Source: Rikenellaceae bacterium (GTDB lineage: Bacteria > Bacteroidota > Bacteroidia > Bacteroidales > Rikenellaceae). Taken from it: 64,000 bases of DNA. The stretch is from positions 6,059 to 70,058 of the forward strand of contig JBCQUE010000007.1 in NCBI GenBank assembly GCA_047174325.1, in the 5' to 3' direction. The notes under the pieces are model-generated. The model was given only the letters and a program-made list of their open reading frames with translations, was not told the DNA's origin and did no database searches. Every line of letters starts with the position of its first letter. Positions within the stretch are counted from its first letter, which is position 1. Both the position numbers and the translations under genes were made by a program. Positions 9,322-19,328 of this stretch are shown piece after piece.

Positions 9322-10106
9322 TGAAACAGGTGATGTTGTTTTTCGGGTCGTTCAATCCGATTCATAAGGGTCATATCGCTCTTGCGGAGTATGTTGTGGA
9401 GGAGCGACTTTGCGATATGGCGGTGTTCGTTGTCTCGCCTCAAAATCCACTCAAATCACCCTCGGGACTTGCATCGGAGTTGGAGCGTTTCAATATGGTT
9501 GAGATGGCTGTCGAGGGGTCACGTTTCCCTGAGCAAATTAAGGTTTCAGCTATTGAGTTTACGCTGCCCAAACCCTCCTATACAATTGATACTCTGAGGT
9601 ATCTACAGAGTGTGTCGGGTGATGAGATGCACTTCTCGCTACTGATCGGTGCGGATATTGTGGAGCAGCTGGAGCAGTGGAAAGAGAACGAAGAGATTTT
9701 GCAAAATTACCCAATTTATCTCTATCCACGCAAAGGTGAGAGGGTCGAAAAGCACCTCGATAAGTTGACACTTTTGGAGGGTGCACCAACCTTTGAACTG
9801 AGCTCGACTGAGATACGTGAGCGGTTGCGTTTTGGCGAGAGTGTTGATGGTTTGCTGCACCCTAAAGTTCTAAAACACATTCAGTTGCAGGGACTTTGGG
9901 AGAGCGATGAATTTGAGGGATCAGAGGGGGTGAACAGACTCACAGAGAGAGGGCGACACCACTATCAACGTGAGGCGTGGGGCGATGCACTAAACAGCTT
10001 CGGCAGAGCGCTTAAAATAGAGCCCGAGAATGGCGAGGCTAAGCAGCTACAGAAGATGACGAAAGAGATCCTAGAGTTCAGATACACAGATATTTACAAC
10101 CCGTAA
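9321..10106 (+). CDS. nadD: Nicotinate-nucleotide adenylyltransferase with C-terminal TPR-like extension
   Basis: GSFNPIHKGH, SYTIDTL, LSSTEIR; ~60-aa tail with WGDALNSFGRALKIEPENGEA. Confidence 0.92.
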   Translation: MKQVMLFFGSFNPIHKGHIALAEYVVEERLCDMAVFVVSPQNPLKSPSGLASELERFNMVEMAVEGSRFPEQIKVSAIEFTLPKPSYTIDTLRYLQSVSGDEMHFSLLIGADIVEQLEQWKENEEILQNYPIYLYPRKGERVEKHLDKLTLLEGAPTFELSSTEIRERLRFGESVDGLLHPKVLKHIQLQGLWESDEFEGSEGVNRLTERGRHHYQREAWGDALNSFGRALKIEPENGEAKQLQKMTKEILEFRYTDIYNP

Positions 10107-10141
10107 AATTTGCGTAAATTACACATTTACAACCCGTTACA

Positions 10142-11140
10142 ATGAAGAGATTAAATATAGCGCTCTTGGCTGGAGGCAACTCATCGGAGCGAGAGATTGC
10201 ACTCAATAGTGCACGAGAAGTTGCCGCTGGTCTTGACCACTCGAAGTATGATGTTAAGTTAGTGGATATTCACTATCGAGATTGGACATTCAGAGACGAC
10301 AATGGCGCTGAGTATCAAGTAGATCTAAATGATTTTTCCGTTTCGATTGGCGGCGATAAAACTATCTTTGATTATGCACTTATCATTATCCACGGCACAC
10401 CTGGCGAGGATGGAATGGTGCAGGGTTATTTGGAGATGATGCAGATTCCCTTCTCATCGTGTTCGATGACCTCATCGGTTATCACCTTTGATAAGATCTC
10501 AACAAAGCGAGCTTTGGCTGGCAAGGGGATCAGTATGGCTCGTGAGGTGTTAGTTGAGAGGGGTGAAGTGGTTGACTATGAGGCGATTGTCTCAGATCTA
10601 GGGTTGCCGCTGTTTGTGAAACCCAACGCTAGTGGATCATCGTTTGGTGTCTCTAAAGTTAAATCTGTGGAGGAGATCGATGAGGCTGTGCAGCTCGCCT
10701 TTAGTGAGAGCGATGCAGTGCTCATCGAGGAGGCTATCGAGGGTCGTGAGATGGGTTGCGGCGTGATGATTACATCTTCGGGCGTGGAGTACATCTTGCC
10801 GATCACGGAGCTCAAACCAAAGCGTGAATTTTTCGATTATGAGGCGAAATACACATCGGGATTGACCGATGAGGTGACCCCTGCCGAGGTGAGCGAAGAG
10901 GTGAAAATCAGACTTAATGAGTTGACACGCAAGGCTTACAAAGGGTGTCGCTGCAGAGGCTTGGTGCGTATCGACTTCATCGTTACCGAGTTGGGTGAAC
11001 CATTCTTGATAGAGATCAATTCGATCCCTGGAATGAGTGAGCACAGCATCGTGCCTCAGCAGTTGCGTGCAGCTGGATTGAGTGTAGCTAAGGTGTATGA
11101 CATCATCATCCAAGATACGTGTAACGCTAAAAATAGGTAA
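10142..11140 (+). CDS. ddl: D-alanine--D-alanine ligase
   Basis: GGNSSEREI, HGTPGEDG, GSSFGVSKV, FDYEAKY, EINSIPG. Confidence 0.97.
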   Translation: MKRLNIALLAGGNSSEREIALNSAREVAAGLDHSKYDVKLVDIHYRDWTFRDDNGAEYQVDLNDFSVSIGGDKTIFDYALIIIHGTPGEDGMVQGYLEMMQIPFSSCSMTSSVITFDKISTKRALAGKGISMAREVLVERGEVVDYEAIVSDLGLPLFVKPNASGSSFGVSKVKSVEEIDEAVQLAFSESDAVLIEEAIEGREMGCGVMITSSGVEYILPITELKPKREFFDYEAKYTSGLTDEVTPAEVSEEVKIRLNELTRKAYKGCRCRGLVRIDFIVTELGEPFLIEINSIPGMSEHSIVPQQLRAAGLSVAKVYDIIIQDTCNAKNR

Positions 11141-11143
11141 GTT

Positions 11144-11716
11144 ATGATGATCGAGATAGACGACAAGATCGTCAGTTTAGAGCTATTTAAGGAGCACTTT
11201 CTTTGCGACATTACAAAGTGTAAAGGCGAGTGCTGCATAGAGGGTGATGCAGGTGCACCACTCGACATTGAGGAGGTTGACCTATTGGAGCAGGAGTGGG
11301 AAAATTACAAAGACTATATGACCCCCGAAGGTCGGCAAGCTGTTGAGCAAAATGGCGTTATGACGATCGACACAGATGGCGACTACACAACGACACTTGT
11401 TGGTGGCTCGGAGTGTGCATTTACCTATCGAGAGGGCGGAATCACACTCTGTGCAATCGAAAAGGCGTGGTTGGAGGGTAAGACCTCATTCCGCAAACCG
11501 ATCTCGTGTCACCTCTATCCGATACGTGTATTGAGATTTAAGAGCGGTGGCTACGGTCTTAATTATCACCGCTGGAGCATCTGTCGCTCGGCCTGTGAAA
11601 ATGGAGCAAAACACAAAGTCCCTGTCTATAAAGCGCTGCGTGGAGCGATCGAGAGAGCCTTTGGTGAGGAGTTCTACAAACAGATGGAGGAGGCTGAAAA
11701 GTTGGTGCGTGAGTAG
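11144..11716 (+). CDS. DUF3109 family Cys-rich protein
   Basis: CDITKCKGECCIEGDAGAPL, KPISCHLYPIR. Confidence 0.9.
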   Translation: MMIEIDDKIVSLELFKEHFLCDITKCKGECCIEGDAGAPLDIEEVDLLEQEWENYKDYMTPEGRQAVEQNGVMTIDTDGDYTTTLVGGSECAFTYREGGITLCAIEKAWLEGKTSFRKPISCHLYPIRVLRFKSGGYGLNYHRWSICRSACENGAKHKVPVYKALRGAIERAFGEEFYKQMEEAEKLVRE

Positions 11717-11725
11717 TGCTGAGTG

Positions 11726-12430
11726 CTAAAATGGAGCAGCCATTTTAATAGCGATCCTCTCAGCAACAATAGACATATAGTGACGATCTCCACACCTTGA
11801 GATGGAGGTGATGCCTAAGTGGTCAGCAGCAAAGAGCTCTTCAAATTTGGCGAGCTCTTTTTTTGTGTATTGCTCCTCGACGATCTCTAGTCTATGCGCT
11901 TTAGCTGCCGTCATAACCAACTCTCTCTCAACACTTTGCAGTAGCGGTGTTGTGACCAAACATCTGTCTACAACGCCAAACAAAGCCGCACCCGCTGCCG
12001 AGATTACACAACCTTTAGTGTCACACTCAATAGCCAACTCCGCACCAAAATTGAGCGCCAAATCGCCAGCAAACCGCAACACCTCACGCCGTGCAGAGGT
12101 GGGGTAACGACCAAACGGAGAGTCAAAAGTGACACACTCAGCCGTAGGGCGAACACAACGAAGTGAGTAGCCCGAGTAGATCGAGACATCACTCACAACG
12201 ACACTCCAGCGAAACTCAATGTCGACCCTCAGCTCAACGAAAACCGAGAGCTCTCGGGTCACTCGCTCGCTCGTAAGTAGCTCTGCAACAGCCTCTTCAA
12301 CACTCTCTGCATCAAGCCGCAATGGTCGGAAGTAGAGCTCCATAAAGGCTTGCTCCAGCAGCCGACAATGCTCCGCTACGTAGAGTGGATGGTGAGCAAT
12401 TGTGTGTATGGTTTGATAGATGTAGTTCAC
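11726..12430 (-). CDS. Class IV aminotransferase/PabC-like protein (divergent)
   Basis: H..LL N-terminus, LFGV, VERELV, ELFAADHLGITSI pattern of fold-type IV enzymes; GTG start overlaps holA stop. Confidence 0.6.
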   Translation of the reverse strand: MNYIYQTIHTIAHHPLYVAEHCRLLEQAFMELYFRPLRLDAESVEEAVAELLTSERVTRELSVFVELRVDIEFRWSVVVSDVSIYSGYSLRCVRPTAECVTFDSPFGRYPTSARREVLRFAGDLALNFGAELAIECDTKGCVISAAGAALFGVVDRCLVTTPLLQSVERELVMTAAKAHRLEIVEEQYTKKELAKFEELFAADHLGITSISRCGDRHYMSIVAERIAIKMAAPF

Positions 12431-13497
12431 GCTGCAAAGATCTTAAGTATCAACTCTCGGAGCAGCTCCCCATCGCTCTCGCTGCCTCGGTTAACTCCCT
12501 TACTCTTAGCGTCGTACTCTCTGAGTAGCCCCAATATGAAAAAGACTTTACGATTGTTCCACCGTGCGCTCACCTGTTTAAGTTCCGAGAGTGCAAAGCT
12601 GTTGTTCATCTTCAATAGCCTCATCAAATCCATATCCGATGGGAAGGGAACACCACGTTGCCGCTGCTGCCAACGGAGGTAATTCACGGTGAAGATCTCC
12701 TTAAATCGAGAGAAGATAACCAGAACCGAGAGCAACAATGGGTACGCCTTAGGGTTGTGCGAAAAGTGATCGGCAATGGTCAAGGCTCGACCCATATTGT
12801 GCGAAGTTATTGCGTTGCAAAGCTCATAGTTATTGAACTCTTTCGAAATGCCTACATATCTTTCAATGTCTGAATCGGTGATCTCGGTCGTTCCATCGGG
12901 CAACGCAATTAAGAGTTTATTCACCTCACCCTCAATCTTCGAAAGATCCGTTCCGAGGTTCTCCAACAGCATCGAGAGCGCCTTGTGTGAGAAGTTTAAC
13001 CCCGTTGCCGAGAGGTGTGCCGAGAGCCACTGACCAATCTCGTAATCACGTGGACGCACCGACTCCAACACTACGCCACACTTTAACGCTGACTTATAGA
13101 GTGCCGAGCGTTTGTCGATACTCTTCTCCTTGTGACACAACACCAACACTGTGGACAAGAGTGGTGACGATGCGTATGTGGCGAGTTTTTCGAGCCCCTT
13201 CATCTGTTGCGCCTCCTTCACAATCACCACCTGTCGAGAGCCCATCATCGGCACCTGTCGTGCGTAGTTCACAACCACACCGCCCTCACAATCTCTGCCG
13301 TAGAGTGTCAACTGCCCAAAAACTCGCTCCTCCTCTGTAAGCACACTCTCCGAGAGAAGGGTGCACAGTGAATCAATGAAGTAGCTCTCCTCACCCATCA
13401 ATATATATATAGGTGCGAAATCTCTACTCCCGATGCTCCGCACAATCGCCCCGTACGCCTCGGTACACTCCTTGAAACTATATCTCTTCTTTGCCAA
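12427..13497 (-). CDS. holA: DNA polymerase III delta subunit
   Basis: PIYILMGEESYFID, PMMGSRQVVIVKEAQ, GISKEFNNYEL. Confidence 0.93.
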   Translation of the reverse strand: MAKKRYSFKECTEAYGAIVRSIGSRDFAPIYILMGEESYFIDSLCTLLSESVLTEEERVFGQLTLYGRDCEGGVVVNYARQVPMMGSRQVVIVKEAQQMKGLEKLATYASSPLLSTVLVLCHKEKSIDKRSALYKSALKCGVVLESVRPRDYEIGQWLSAHLSATGLNFSHKALSMLLENLGTDLSKIEGEVNKLLIALPDGTTEITDSDIERYVGISKEFNNYELCNAITSHNMGRALTIADHFSHNPKAYPLLLSVLVIFSRFKEIFTVNYLRWQQRQRGVPFPSDMDLMRLLKMNNSFALSELKQVSARWNNRKVFFILGLLREYDAKSKGVNRGSESDGELLRELILKIFAA

Positions 13498-13508
13498 TTC
13501 TGCTGCTG

Positions 13509-14855
13509 TTAGATTATCTCCTTTGTTATCTTTGCGACACTCTCCGTATCGGCTGTAATGCGGTATCGGTCATCTATTCTTCGACCCACTAACCAAACAA
13601 TTTCATCGCCCGATATGAGTACAAATTGTCGCTCCTTCTCAGGTTGTGACACCTTGGCATCGATCAAAAAATCACTCACCTTCTTATGTCCATCCATCCC
13701 CAGCGGCACAAAGCTATCACCCTCTCGCCAACGTCTTAACGTGAGTGGATAGCTCAACTTATCACCATCCAATAGCGCCACATTTTCGCCCAAATCAAAG
13801 CTCTCAACAAGATCGATCACCAACTGCTCGAAGTGAAGCACCGAGTTGCCACAGTAGCCTCGTACAGCCCCCTCAGCAACCTCTACAGCACAGCTATCAC
13901 ACTGTTCGATAGCGGTGATTAGGATCTTGTTGCGGTCGACAAAGGCTACGTAATCCTTGGAGTAGACCCTCCTGCCTGAGTTACCCTCGGAGTGTGCTCT
14001 ATTTAGAGAGTCGATCACATCACCTTTGAACCCAAAGCGAGAGCTGAGAATTTCATAGATCACAAAGTCGAGCGGCATAGATGAGTCAATCTTCTCAATA
14101 TCAAGCGTATAGATCCCCTCCCTGTGGCTAACAACCTCATCGGCTATCTTGTTCACACAGCTATTTATAAAGATCTGTGCACCAAGTAATCTATCGACAT
14201 TGCCGCTCATCACCTGAGTGAATTTGGGGCTAATCTCCTTAAGGCGAGGCACTAATCCAAGCCTGATCTTATTGCGTAGATATTTAGTCGATCGATTCGA
14301 TGAATCCTCCCTATAGGGAATATGATGCGTTACAGCGTACTCCAAAATCTCTTTGCGAGTGGCGAAATTCAGTGGTCGCACTACACGCCCCATTCGCTTT
14401 TTGATACCCGTGAGACCCTTAAGTCCCGTACCTCTAAAGAGGTTTATGAAGAAGGTCTCGATCGAGTCGTCGATGTGGTGCGCAACAGCAATAGCGGTGT
14501 AACCGTGCTCCACACAGAGCTCATTAAACCACTCGTAACGCTGCCTACGTGCAACCATCTCCATCGAGTCACCCGTCCGCTCCATCTCGCCTTTCGTGTC
14601 GAAACGTTTGTTGAACGCCTCTACACCAAATTTTGCAGCTCGCTCAGCAACAACCACCTCATCCTCATCGCTCTCCTCGCCTCGCAAACAGAAGTTGCAG
14701 TGAGCAACACCCACCTGAAATTCACTCTGTGCGAAGAGCTCCAACAAAACCATAGAGTCGACACCACCCGAGACAGCAAGCAGAATTTTATCCTGCTGCG
14801 TGAGTAGATTGTGACGAGTAATGTAGTTGTTAAATTGCTCTAAAAAGTTAACCAT
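13509..14855 (-). CDS. tilS: tRNA(Ile)-lysidine synthetase
   Basis: AVSGGVDS, AHHIDD, EDSSN..YLRNKIR, C-terminal TilS domain. Confidence 0.97.
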   Translation of the reverse strand: MVNFLEQFNNYITRHNLLTQQDKILLAVSGGVDSMVLLELFAQSEFQVGVAHCNFCLRGEESDEDEVVVAERAAKFGVEAFNKRFDTKGEMERTGDSMEMVARRQRYEWFNELCVEHGYTAIAVAHHIDDSIETFFINLFRGTGLKGLTGIKKRMGRVVRPLNFATRKEILEYAVTHHIPYREDSSNRSTKYLRNKIRLGLVPRLKEISPKFTQVMSGNVDRLLGAQIFINSCVNKIADEVVSHREGIYTLDIEKIDSSMPLDFVIYEILSSRFGFKGDVIDSLNRAHSEGNSGRRVYSKDYVAFVDRNKILITAIEQCDSCAVEVAEGAVRGYCGNSVLHFEQLVIDLVESFDLGENVALLDGDKLSYPLTLRRWREGDSFVPLGMDGHKKVSDFLIDAKVSQPEKERQFVLISGDEIVWLVGRRIDDRYRITADTESVAKITKEII

Positions 14856-14869
14856 ATATAAATAAATCT

Positions 14870-14928
14870 AAAAATCTAAGCCTCGCTAAAGAATCTAAGC
14901 CTCGTTAAAAAAACTAAGCCTCGTTAAA
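14870..14928. repeat. 19-bp tandem array x3 upstream of tilS
   Basis: ctaagcctcg at 14876, 14895, 14914. Confidence 0.85.
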
Positions 14929-14969
14929 TATAACTTTAATCTCTCTAATTTTGCGCTTTGCAAGCCTCT

Positions 14970-16013
14970 CTAAACAATATTTACCTCCATATCAATCTCG
15001 ACCGAAAATCGATCACGAACAGCCTGCTGCACCTCTCGTGCCAACTCCAACACCTCGCCGCCCGTTGCCCCACCAAGATTGACGAGAACCAATGCTTGAC
15101 GGGCGTGCACTCCAACTCTTCCTTGTGTATAACCCTTCATCCCTGCTTGATCTATAAGCCAGCCAGCCGCCAATTTCACCTTCGTGTCATCGCCCAAAAC
15201 CGAGTAGTGAGGCATCGTTGGGTAACGCTCCAAAAGTCTCTCAGCGACAACTCGCTCAACGATTGGGTTCTTGAAGAAACTCCCTGCATTGCCCATTACA
15301 GAGGTGTCGGGTAACTTCTCTCGTCTCACCTCACAAATCACCTCACGGATGGTTCTGAGTGATGGTTCGCTCTCTTGCGCTGCGCCACTTCTCATCGCCA
15401 CACGGTCGATCAAATCAGCGTAGTGAAGTTGTGGGTTTGCCTCTCTCGATAGACGCAAATAGATAGCCGTCACGATGGCTCTGCCTCGCAGCTGACCTTG
15501 CCCCTTGAAGATACTCTCTCGATAGCCAAATTCACACGCTGTAGCCTCTATCGAGCAGGGTTTGCACAGCTCCGTATCGAAGTAATCAACCTTAACCAAG
15601 ATGTCACACAGCTCGCTGCCGTAAGCACCAATATTTTGAATCGGAGCCGCTCCAGCCTTGCCCGGTATTAGCGACAGATTCTCAGCTCCCCATAGTCCTC
15701 TCTCTACGCACCACTCAACTACATCGTCCCACTCCACACCAGCGGCAACCTTAAGCGTTACGCTTTTGTCTGTATGATCCTCCGCAACGATCTCAATCGA
15801 CTGACCACGAGGGTGGAGCAGCGTCTGCTCAACAGCTCTAGTGAAGAGGATATTATTCCCTCCACTCAACACCATCCACCGCTTTGGAGCTTGCGTAGAG
15901 AATAACTCCTGCAGATCTTCAGCTGAGTCAAATTCGATAAGCTCCCGAGCCGTCACATCTACGTGAAAGCTATTGCGAGAGAGTAGCGATATATTTTTAA
16001 AAATCTTTATCAT
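14970..16013 (-). CDS. murB: UDP-N-acetylmuramate dehydrogenase
   Basis: GGNN, GAENLSLIPG, QNIGAYG, GNAGSFFKNP; ATG 16013 lies downstream of TATATTTG (minus 16020-16027). Confidence 0.95.
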   Translation of the reverse strand: MIKIFKNISLLSRNSFHVDVTARELIEFDSAEDLQELFSTQAPKRWMVLSGGNNILFTRAVEQTLLHPRGQSIEIVAEDHTDKSVTLKVAAGVEWDDVVEWCVERGLWGAENLSLIPGKAGAAPIQNIGAYGSELCDILVKVDYFDTELCKPCSIEATACEFGYRESIFKGQGQLRGRAIVTAIYLRLSREANPQLHYADLIDRVAMRSGAAQESEPSLRTIREVICEVRREKLPDTSVMGNAGSFFKNPIVERVVAERLLERYPTMPHYSVLGDDTKVKLAAGWLIDQAGMKGYTQGRVGVHARQALVLVNLGGATGGEVLELAREVQQAVRDRFSVEIDMEVNIV

Positions 16014-16077
16014 TGATTGCAAATATAGCGATAAATTACTAATTTTGGAGCGTAATTTCATTTTAAATAGTTAAAAT

Positions 16078-17511
16078 ATGTTTTCAAATCAAGATTTAGA
16101 GCAGATCTCAGCACACGGACTAACGGTTCAAGGTGTTGAAAAACAGATAGATAGTTTTAAAAGTGGTTTCCCATTTCTCAATATTTCTCGTGCAGCACGT
16201 ATCGGTGACGGAATCGTCAAGATGAGCGAGGAGGCGATGGCTCAGGCTGCTGAAGATTACTCGGAGCGAGCAAAGGCTCTTAAGGTGGTTAAGTTTGTCC
16301 CTGCATCGGGTGCGGCTACACGAATGTTTAAAGAGCTCTTTGAGTTTGTAAATGATGATAAGCGTGGTAAGGGTATCGATACACTTATTAATAATATAGA
16401 GAAGTTTGCATTTTGGAGCGAGCTAAAGGCGCTGCTTCCAGAGGGGGCGAACGACAAGCAGATCGTTAGTGCAATCGTCAAGGAGGGGTTGGAGTATGGC
16501 TCTAAGCCCAAGGCATTGGTCTCGTTCCACGGCTATGAGACGGGGGCTCGCAAGGCTGTCGAGGAGCACTTGGTGGAGGGCGCTTTGTATGCAGCTGCCG
16601 ATGGTGTGGCTCGTATCCACTTCACGGTTTCGCCTGAGCACTTGGCTGGGTTTGAGGCTCTAATCTCTGAGAAGTTGGCTCTCTACGAGGCGAAGTTTGG
16701 GATTAAGTATGAGATCTCGTTCTCGACACAGAAGTCCTCGACCGATACAATCGCTGTGAATCCAGATAACACTCCGTTCCGCACGGATGATGGAAAGCTC
16801 CTGTTCCGCCCTGCAGGTCACGGTGCACTCATCGAGAATATCGGTGAGATCGAGGCGGACGTGATCTTCGTTAAGACCATTGACAACGTCACTACAGATG
16901 CTTTGAGAGGCGATACACTTAAGTATAAGCAGGCGTTGGCAGGTCTGTTGCTCGATCTACAGAGCCGCTGTTTCGACTATATCAAAGCTATCGATGGAGG
17001 TTCTGCAGATCTGAAAGAGGTCGCTAAATTTGTTGAGAGCGAGTTGATGACTAAGATCTCGGGAGAGGCTACAGCGAAGATATTGAGGGCTATTCTTGAC
17101 CGCCCGATACGCCTCTGTGGAATGGTTCGCAATGAGGGCGAGCCTGGTGGAGGTCCATTTTGGGCTCTCAATGAGGATGGTTCAGAGTCGTTGCAGATCG
17201 CTGAGTCGAGCCAAATTTCGCCTGAACAGATCGCTCTTATGAAGGAGGCGACACACTTCAACCCTGTCGATTTGGTCTGTGGCGTTGGTCGAGTTGATGG
17301 ATCGAAGTTTGACCTTTCGGAGTTTATTGATCCAGCTACGGGCTTTATTTCGGAGAAGTCGAGTGGCGGTAGGGATCTTCGTGCACAGGAGTTGCCGGGG
17401 TTGTGGAACGGCGCAATGGCTAAGTGGAACACAATCTTTGTGGAGGTGCCAATCTCGACATTTACTCCTGTGAAGGTTGTTCAAGATCTCCTCAGAACAC
17501 AACACCAATAG
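16078..17511 (+). CDS. DUF4301 family protein (nucleotidyltransferase-like)
   Basis: KFVPASGAATRMFK, FRPAGHGAL, GEPGGGPF, THFNPVDL, ELPGLWNG; TAATTTTG box at 16040-16047. Confidence 0.92.
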   Translation: MFSNQDLEQISAHGLTVQGVEKQIDSFKSGFPFLNISRAARIGDGIVKMSEEAMAQAAEDYSERAKALKVVKFVPASGAATRMFKELFEFVNDDKRGKGIDTLINNIEKFAFWSELKALLPEGANDKQIVSAIVKEGLEYGSKPKALVSFHGYETGARKAVEEHLVEGALYAAADGVARIHFTVSPEHLAGFEALISEKLALYEAKFGIKYEISFSTQKSSTDTIAVNPDNTPFRTDDGKLLFRPAGHGALIENIGEIEADVIFVKTIDNVTTDALRGDTLKYKQALAGLLLDLQSRCFDYIKAIDGGSADLKEVAKFVESELMTKISGEATAKILRAILDRPIRLCGMVRNEGEPGGGPFWALNEDGSESLQIAESSQISPEQIALMKEATHFNPVDLVCGVGRVDGSKFDLSEFIDPATGFISEKSSGGRDLRAQELPGLWNGAMAKWNTIFVEVPISTFTPVKVVQDLLRTQHQ

Positions 17512-17553
17512 TTGAGAAAAATAGAGATATTAGGAGCGAAAAATAGAAAAATG

Positions 17554-17596
17554 ACCCCCTTAACGAAAATAAAACCTCGTTAAGGGGTGTTTTTTT
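17554..17596 (+). terminator. Intrinsic terminator after DUF4301
   Basis: cccttaacga..tcgttaaggg stem then T-run. Confidence 0.75.
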
Positions 17597-17684
17597 AAGA
17601 AGTTTTATTAGCTTTGCCAAAACGATATTTCATAACGCAGTGTATAATCTTTGCGCCACACATTAAAATAGCGCAAATGTAGCG

Positions 17685-17837
17685 AAAGATGGAGAGCGGA
17701 CAAAAGATAGACGAAGAGCGGATAAAAGATAGATGGAGAGCGGATAAAAGATAGACGAAGAGCGGACAAAAGATAGACGAAGAGCGGACAAAAGATAGAC
17801 GAAGAGCGGACAAAAGATAGACGAAGAGCAGATAAAA
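17685..17837. repeat. 22-bp tandem array (6 full + 1 partial) upstream of the ATPase operon
   Basis: aaaagatagacgaagagcggac with variants. Confidence 0.95.
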
Positions 17838-17863
17838 TACAATAAATATAAACCGAAGTAGAT

Positions 17864-18472
17864 ATGGAAAACAAACTTCAAGAGTTGACACAGAGGCTCT
17901 ATGACGAGGGGCTACAGAAGGGACGCAGCGAGGCGGAGAGTGTAGTGGCGGCAGCAAAGGCTGAGGCTGAGAAGATCGTGGCTAAGGCAAAGACTGATGC
18001 TGAGAAGATCGTAACGGAGGCGGAGCGCAAGGCGGCAGATGTCGCTAAGAACTCACTAACAGAGATCTCGTTGGCGGGCAAGCAGGCGTTGGCTAAGATC
18101 AAGGCTGAGATCACAAATGCGGTGGTGTCACAGAGCATTGGCGAGGGTGTGAAGAGCGTAGCAATGGATGGGAAATTCATCTCGGAGATGTTGCTTGCGG
18201 TTGCTAAGGGCTGGAGCTCATCGAATGGTGGGGTAGTCTCGTTGGCGGCTATGTTGCCCGAGGCTAACCAAAAGTCGCTGGATAAGGCGATGGCGAGCAA
18301 CGCTGCAGCACTGCTTAAGGCTGGTGTAGAGGTTGGTTACTCGGCTGATGTGAAGAGTGGATTTAAAGTTGGGGCAAAGGATGAAGGTTACTACATCTCA
18401 TTCTCAGAGGAGGATTTCGATGCTTTGATGAGGGGCTACCTTCGTGAGCGAGTGGCTAAGTTGCTGTTTTAA
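17864..18472 (+). CDS. V/A-type ATP synthase subunit E
   Basis: MENKLQELTQRLYDEGLQKG, Ala/Glu/Lys coiled coil; first gene of the E-C-A-B-D-I-K cluster. Confidence 0.88.
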   Translation: MENKLQELTQRLYDEGLQKGRSEAESVVAAAKAEAEKIVAKAKTDAEKIVTEAERKAADVAKNSLTEISLAGKQALAKIKAEITNAVVSQSIGEGVKSVAMDGKFISEMLLAVAKGWSSSNGGVVSLAAMLPEANQKSLDKAMASNAAALLKAGVEVGYSADVKSGFKVGAKDEGYYISFSEEDFDALMRGYLRERVAKLLF

Positions 18473-18488
18473 TTAAAGGTTGTAAGCT

Positions 18489-19328
18489 ATGTTTAGCAAA
18501 CAATACATATATCTCGTTGCAGGGTTGCAGGAGTACACCTTGGGTTCGGATGTGAAGAATCTGAATCTAAGTGAGTTGCTGCAAGATGTACTGAACGAGT
18601 TTTCTCGATCAGACGCTGAGGCGCTGAGGCTGCTTTACGGCTATTATGACTGTGAGAATTTGGTCTCGGCAGAGGCTGGTCGCACAACATTCAACACCCT
18701 TGGATTGCTCTCACGTGAGCAGATTGAGGCGGTGGTCCGAGGGAACTCAGATGCGCTGGAGTTGCTTCCACAAGAGGTCGCACAGAGCGTTGAGTCGTAT
18801 GGCTCGAAGGGTGGAGATATAAGCGTTTCGGATGGTCAAGCGGTGAGCTTTGCCCGTCAGATCTTTTCGGGCTATTACGAGGCGTGTTCAGCCTCAAAAT
18901 CGAGCTTTGTGAAGAGGTGGAGCGAGGCGGATCGTAACCTACGTAATCTATCGGCGGCTATTACGGCTCGTGTTGCTGGTCGTTCAGTGGCTGATGTTGT
19001 GGTTGGTCGTGGTGATGTTGTCGATGCGATTGCTCGTTCGTCGGCTATAGATTTCGGATTGAGGGGTGATTTGCCCTATCTCGATGAGGTTATTTCGGCC
19101 GTTAGCGAGGAGCAGAATTTGGTGGAGAAGGAGCGTAAAATAGATATGGTGAGGTGGTCGATCGCTGAGGAGCTCTCGGAGGGTGAGTACTTTAGTGCCG
19201 CTTTTGTGATGGCGTACTTGATGAAGATCAACATCATCGTTAGGTGGCAAATGCTTGACCCCGTTAGAGGTCGGGAGATGTTTGACAAACTATTGGGCGA
19301 GCTGAGCGGCAAAGGATTAGTGAAGTAA
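18489..19328 (+). CDS. DUF2764 family, V/A-type ATPase subunit C-like
   Basis: YIYLVAGL N-terminus, ERKIDMVRW..YFS; position between E and A. Confidence 0.8.
   Translation: MFSKQYIYLVAGLQEYTLGSDVKNLNLSELLQDVLNEFSRSDAEALRLLYGYYDCENLVSAEAGRTTFNTLGLLSREQIEAVVRGNSDALELLPQEVAQSVESYGSKGGDISVSDGQAVSFARQIFSGYYEACSASKSSFVKRWSEADRNLRNLSAAITARVAGRSVADVVVGRGDVVDAIARSSAIDFGLRGDLPYLDEVISAVSEEQNLVEKERKIDMVRWSIAEELSEGEYFSAAFVMAYLMKINIIVRWQMLDPVRGREMFDKLLGELSGKGLVK

Noticed and set aside
17595-17957. Repetitive ORFs over arrays (also 19335-19568, 24993-25214, 59904-60179)
   Set aside because: Products are just translations of tandem repeats in stop-poor frames, with no independent coding signal.
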